From positions 960,001 through 1,024,000 of the forward strand of contig JASGHG010000001.1 of assembly GCA_047602425.1 (NCBI GenBank): a stretch of 64,000 bases of DNA, written 5' to 3'. How positions within the stretch are numbered: the stretch's first letter is position 1; each line of letters opens with the position of its first letter. Below, piece after piece: positions 59,995 through 64,000 of the stretch. Under the pieces are notes generated by a model that did not search any database, had not been told where the DNA came from, and worked only from the letters and a program-made list of their open reading frames with translations. This stretch comes from Nibricoccus sp. (GTDB lineage: Bacteria > Verrucomicrobiota > Verrucomicrobiia > Opitutales > Opitutaceae). The position numbers and the translations under genes are program-made.

Positions 59995-61647
59995 ATGCGC
60001 CATTTTCTTACGCTTACCGCCACAATCTTTGCGCTTACCATCCCGTTAATTTCGCTCCGGGCAGCGGACGAGCCCGCGGTCCCTTCCGAACCGACTTTTG
60101 ATCAGGCCAAAGATTCGGCGTCCAAGGAGAACAAATTAGTGCTTCTCGTTTTCACCGGTGCGTGGGATGCCAATTGCGCCCGCCTTGACCAGTCGACCTT
60201 CGCCGATCGCCACGTCGCGTCGTTGCTCCGCGAACGCGCCGTTTTGGTACACATTGATGTTCTAACCAACCCAGAGCTCACCGCCAAATATCACGTGCGG
60301 GACGTTCCGCTCATGGTGTTGATCAAACCTGACGGCACCGAGACGGACCGCTGGTTTGGGTATCAGCCACCGGAAAAATTTCTCCAAGAATTTGGCAATA
60401 CTCTGGCAGGCCATCCCACGCTCGAACGATTGCGCGCGGAGGTAAAGCCCGCCGAGTCCCAAACCCGCGTTCAACTGTGTTCGACCCTCATCAATCGTGG
60501 CAGTTACGCCGATGGAGTAATTGAGCTGCGGCGGCTTTACGAACAACTCGAATTCAGCACTGACAAAGCTCGCCATAACCAATCGACCCACACCCAAGTG
60601 ATCCGGCAATTCGGTTCCATCCGCGAAGCCTATCCACCCGCTGATGAATTCCTCCGTGCCAAACGCGCCGCGCATGTCGCCGAAGTTTCGGCGAATCCCG
60701 CAGACTCCATTCATGCACAACGCGTGGCCACGATCGATTGGGGCCTCGGCCAACCCGATGAAACCCTCACGTTCTTTCACTCACTTCCTAACGGAAGCGC
60801 CGCGTACATCAGTCTCAAGAAACCCGTCTTCAAGATCCTGGTAAAAAACCGCACCTATGCGGAGGCGGTCACGCTTTTCCCGGCGACCGAGCATGCGCGT
60901 GAAATCGAGATTGAAACGGCCTTTCTGGGCATGCCAATTATGCAAGTGCTCTATGGAGCCATTCACGCTTCGATGCCTCTCAACGGCGGTGAGTTTATCA
61001 AGTCCCTGCATAAAACGATCACGCAAAGCTGGACGAGAAAGTTCGAACCCTTCGCAGGAATTCAGGACGTAACAGGCGCGCGCCTGATCGCCGAAAAAAT
61101 TCTAAAAGGCGATAAAAGCGAGGAGGTCGTGGACCTTATCGCAGCTTCCGCTCGACGCGCCCTCGGCGAGGAAGCCGGCGCGTTTCTCCGCTCACTCAAC
61201 CTGCCCGGACTGCCTCCGCCAGAAAAGTCTCTCCCTGTCGCTTCCGACGATGAGCCCGACTCAACCACCGCACCGTACGAAGAACAGAGTGAAATCATTC
61301 GCCTCGAACCTTTCGTCGTCACCACCCGAACGACTGGCCGCATCCCGCTCACGCTCGGCCTGCCCGCGAGGAACCTCAAACAAAAGATCAATTCGCACGT
61401 ATTCGTGAGCGCACCGTCCAATACCTCTGAAAATCTGATGCCGTACCGCAACGGCGTTTTGCTTGTCGCCATCAATGGCAAAAGCATCAAAGGCCAGACG
61501 TGGAAACAGCTCGGCGATTTCTGGCTCGAAGGCGGTGAAGCAGGCGACCAGGTCACTCTCATTCTCAAAGGAAAAGGCCGCGACGACTGCATTTATCACC
61601 AGATCACAGTCAAACGCGTCCGCCCTTCGACACAGACCAGCAAATAG
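59995..61647 (+). CDS. exported thioredoxin-like + helical + PDZ-like protein
   Basis: K.VLL.FTG.WDANC; C-terminal LLVAING....GDQVTL. Confidence 0.7.
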   Translation: MRHFLTLTATIFALTIPLISLRAADEPAVPSEPTFDQAKDSASKENKLVLLVFTGAWDANCARLDQSTFADRHVASLLRERAVLVHIDVLTNPELTAKYHVRDVPLMVLIKPDGTETDRWFGYQPPEKFLQEFGNTLAGHPTLERLRAEVKPAESQTRVQLCSTLINRGSYADGVIELRRLYEQLEFSTDKARHNQSTHTQVIRQFGSIREAYPPADEFLRAKRAAHVAEVSANPADSIHAQRVATIDWGLGQPDETLTFFHSLPNGSAAYISLKKPVFKILVKNRTYAEAVTLFPATEHAREIEIETAFLGMPIMQVLYGAIHASMPLNGGEFIKSLHKTITQSWTRKFEPFAGIQDVTGARLIAEKILKGDKSEEVVDLIAASARRALGEEAGAFLRSLNLPGLPPPEKSLPVASDDEPDSTTAPYEEQSEIIRLEPFVVTTRTTGRIPLTLGLPARNLKQKINSHVFVSAPSNTSENLMPYRNGVLLVAINGKSIKGQTWKQLGDFWLEGGEAGDQVTLILKGKGRDDCIYHQITVKRVRPSTQTSK

Positions 61648-61743
61648 AAATCTCCCCGCCAAACTCCCCGCCTCCGCCTTTTTCCACGCTTGGCATTGGG
61701 CTTGGAACCTCTAGGCATTGTTTCGGGTCCAATTTCACAATTC

Positions 61744-62247
61744 ATGCCGTCAACACCGCGCATTGTCTTGCTTGCCGTCCTGCTCGGCGTCGGAGGAGTG
61801 CTTTCGCTGCTCCAAGGTTGCAGCACGCACGTAAGGGAACCTTACGGCAATCCCAACGAGCTTTTCCGCGAAATCGGCTACGAGGATGCGGTCCAACTTT
61901 CTGCCAGCCAAAAGAAGCCCATGTTTCTGTTTTTCTCGGAAAGCTGGGTCAAAGACCGCGAGAAATTGCTTTCGCGCACCCTCACGAGCACGGAAACCCG
62001 CCAGTTGCTTCACGATCGCACGATCGGCCTCCAGATCGAACTAACCGATCTTCCCGATATCGCCAAAAAACACAGGGTCACCTCCGCCCCGCTCCTCGTT
62101 CTCGTCGCTCCCGACGGGAAGGAAATTCGTCGCTGGAAAGGCCTGCCCCGCGCCGAGTCTTTCGTCAAGGAACTCACCCTGGCGCTCGATCCGGCTTTCA
62201 AAGGCAAGCAATTCGCCGAAGCCGATTCCTCGATCGCAGAGCCTTGA
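61744..62247 (+). CDS. lipoprotein, thioredoxin-like fold without CxxC
   Basis: Lipobox LQGC; close paralogue of the 58615 N-domain. Confidence 0.72.
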   Translation: MPSTPRIVLLAVLLGVGGVLSLLQGCSTHVREPYGNPNELFREIGYEDAVQLSASQKKPMFLFFSESWVKDREKLLSRTLTSTETRQLLHDRTIGLQIELTDLPDIAKKHRVTSAPLLVLVAPDGKEIRRWKGLPRAESFVKELTLALDPAFKGKQFAEADSSIAEP

Positions 62248-62364
62248 TCGTGTTTTCCTGATCTTGCGTCGTGCGGTTCGCGCTTCGCGTCAATCTCGGG
62301 CATGCAGGACAAACCAGCTTCCAGAATTTTGAACTTTGCGTGTGCCAAAACCCGTGCGCAGGTC

Positions 62365-62534
62365 TAGAGCACATACGATAAAACTGTAGCCGTAAATCGG
62401 TGTTACAAACCGAGCTGTCTTCGTAGGGGCACAGTCTTGCTGCGCCCTTTCTGTGGCAAAGCCAAACCAGGCGCAGCAAGACTGCGCCCCTACAGCCGGA
62501 GTCGTGCGGTTATGACATTTTTAAAAATGCTCTA
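62365..62534. mobile_element. MITE-like element containing a GTAG REP doublet
   Basis: Termini TAGAGCA..TGCTCTA; internal GTAGGGGCACAGTCTTGCTGCGCC..GGCGCAGCAAGACTGCGCCCCTAC (62423-62493). Confidence 0.6.
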
Positions 62535-62578
62535 AGCGATTTTCCATCGCAGCGCAGCCAAAACTGTTCGCTATGGAC

Positions 62579-62611
62579 AAAAAAACCCGCCGGCGTTGAG
62601 CGGGCGGGTTT
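62579..62611 (-). terminator. rho-independent terminator
   Basis: AAACCCGCC-loop-GGCGGGTTT with a T-run on the minus strand after the SSS gene. Confidence 0.8.
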
Positions 62612-62633
62612 GAAAAGATCGAGTCCGAAACGA

Positions 62634-64000
62634 TCAGCCAGTGAAGTACAGGTAGGCGCCGACGATGAACACCATGACCACGCAGGAGTAGAGCACGTCT
62701 TTTGCGGTCCAGCTGGCGGCCGTGCGGGCTTTGTCTTCCGCGGTCGCCGTGGCGAACGTCAGGCCCTTGATGTGGGCGTCGTCCGGCGAAGGCGTCGCGT
62801 AGCTGACCAACACCATCACCGCGGCCGAGATGAGCGTGATGAGGATGCTGAAATACTGGAAATTGATGTTGTTGACGATCCAGAGGAACGAACCTTCAGC
62901 GTAGTGGAAGGAACCGCGGCCCAGCGTGACGGGCGTGTCCACCAGCATGCGGAAAAGACCGACAATAAAACCAATCACCATCGCCCAGAAGCAACCCTGA
63001 GCGTTGAGGCGTTTCCAGAAAACGCCGAAGAAGAAGACCACGAACACCGGTGGAGCAAGGTAACCCTGCACCGACTGGAGATAATCGTAGAGGCCATGCG
63101 CGCCCTTGACCACGGGGATCCAGATCAAGGCGATGACCACCATCACCACGGTGGCCGTGCGGCCAACTTTCACGAGCTGTTCCTGAGAAGCGTTCGGATT
63201 GCGCTTCTGGTAGATATCGACGGTGAACAAGGTCGAGCAGGCATTGAAAACGCCGGCCAACGAACCCATCAATGCCGACAAAAGTCCGGCCACCACGATG
63301 CCGCGCAGACCGGCGGGCAGGAGGTATTTGACGAGCAGCGGGAAGGCACCTTGCGAATCGGAGCCGGGAGGCACCTCCGGCAACTTGCCGGTTTTGACCA
63401 GCGCGAAGAAGATTAGTCCGGGAATGATGAAGAGATAAACCGGGAAGAGCTTGAGGAAGGCGGCGAAGATCGAGCCTTGGCGGGCAACGGTTTCGTTCGG
63501 AGCGCCGAGCGCGCGTTGAACGATGTATTGGTCGGTGCACCAGTACCAAAGACCGATGACCGGAGCGCAAATCGCCATGCCGAGCCAGGGGAAGTTGCCG
63601 TTGAAATACCAAGCCTGCTTCACGATGGCGCCCGCTTCGTTCTTTACGATGACGGGAGCCCAGGTGGCTTCCTGGCCGGCGGGCACGAGGGGCTTCCAAA
63701 GATTGAACATGTCGGAACCGCAAGCGGCCTTGAGTTCGCCCCAGCCACCGAGTTTATGCAGACCGTAGAAGGTCAGCAAAGCCGAGCCGCCGATGAGCAC
63801 GATCACCTGCACGGCGTCGTTGTAGGCCACGGCGCGCATACCGCCGAGCGTGGTGTAAAGACCGGTCAGGAGCACCACTGCGACCGAGCCGATCCAGAAG
63901 GAGTCGATATGAATGCTGCCAAGCGTGATGTTAACTTCGGGAAGCAACGTGGCGAACACGATGCCACCGGCAAAAATGCCGACCGCGATCTTCGAGACAA
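62634..64000 (-). CDS. sodium:solute symporter, SGLT-like (5' end outside window)
   Basis: YT..GG..AV...D, WYWCTDQYIVQR.L, ALM.SL...FN..STLFT.D. Confidence 0.93.
   Translation of the reverse strand, partial: VSKIAVGIFAGGIVFATLLPEVNITLGSIHIDSFWIGSVAVVLLTGLYTTLGGMRAVAYNDAVQVIVLIGGSALLTFYGLHKLGGWGELKAACGSDMFNLWKPLVPAGQEATWAPVIVKNEAGAIVKQAWYFNGNFPWLGMAICAPVIGLWYWCTDQYIVQRALGAPNETVARQGSIFAAFLKLFPVYLFIIPGLIFFALVKTGKLPEVPPGSDSQGAFPLLVKYLLPAGLRGIVVAGLLSALMGSLAGVFNACSTLFTVDIYQKRNPNASQEQLVKVGRTATVVMVVIALIWIPVVKGAHGLYDYLQSVQGYLAPPVFVVFFFGVFWKRLNAQGCFWAMVIGFIVGLFRMLVDTPVTLGRGSFHYAEGSFLWIVNNINFQYFSILITLISAAVMVLVSYATPSPDDAHIKGLTFATATAEDKARTAASWTAKDVLYSCVVMVFIVGAYLYFTG

Overview
GC-rich bacterial chromosome segment, most likely Opitutaceae (Verrucomicrobiota); this is inferred from protein style and repeat families, not from a marker gene. 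Left to right: the 5' part of a type VI secretion operon (tssA-B-C-hcp-tagJ-tssE, the P. aeruginosa H1-T6SS order), a 1.5-kb AT-rich gap and tRNA-Leu(CAA). Housekeeping genes: rsmE, kdsA, pyrG, rapA, gap, ldhA-like. Also present: a lipoyl+E3-binding+FabH fusion, an exosortase with its cognate substrate, plant-glycan enzymes (GH28, GH5-BACON-CBM, oligogalacturonate lyase), and a frameshifted AAA/RloB (AbiL-like) pair beside a conserved 126-aa protein and a 15 x 21-bp array. Further right: a TRAP-T transporter, a LysR/cytochrome c/NmrA module, two ECF sigma factors whose candidate promoters recur with exact spacing, a CzcCBA-like efflux system, three CxxC-less thioredoxin-fold paralogues and a partial SSS transporter. 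Several REP/MITE-like palindromes occur, some nested. Best novelty candidates: the E2-like FabH fusion, the 21-bp array locus and the two ECF mini-regulons. All family calls are motif recognition by eye; no searches were run.
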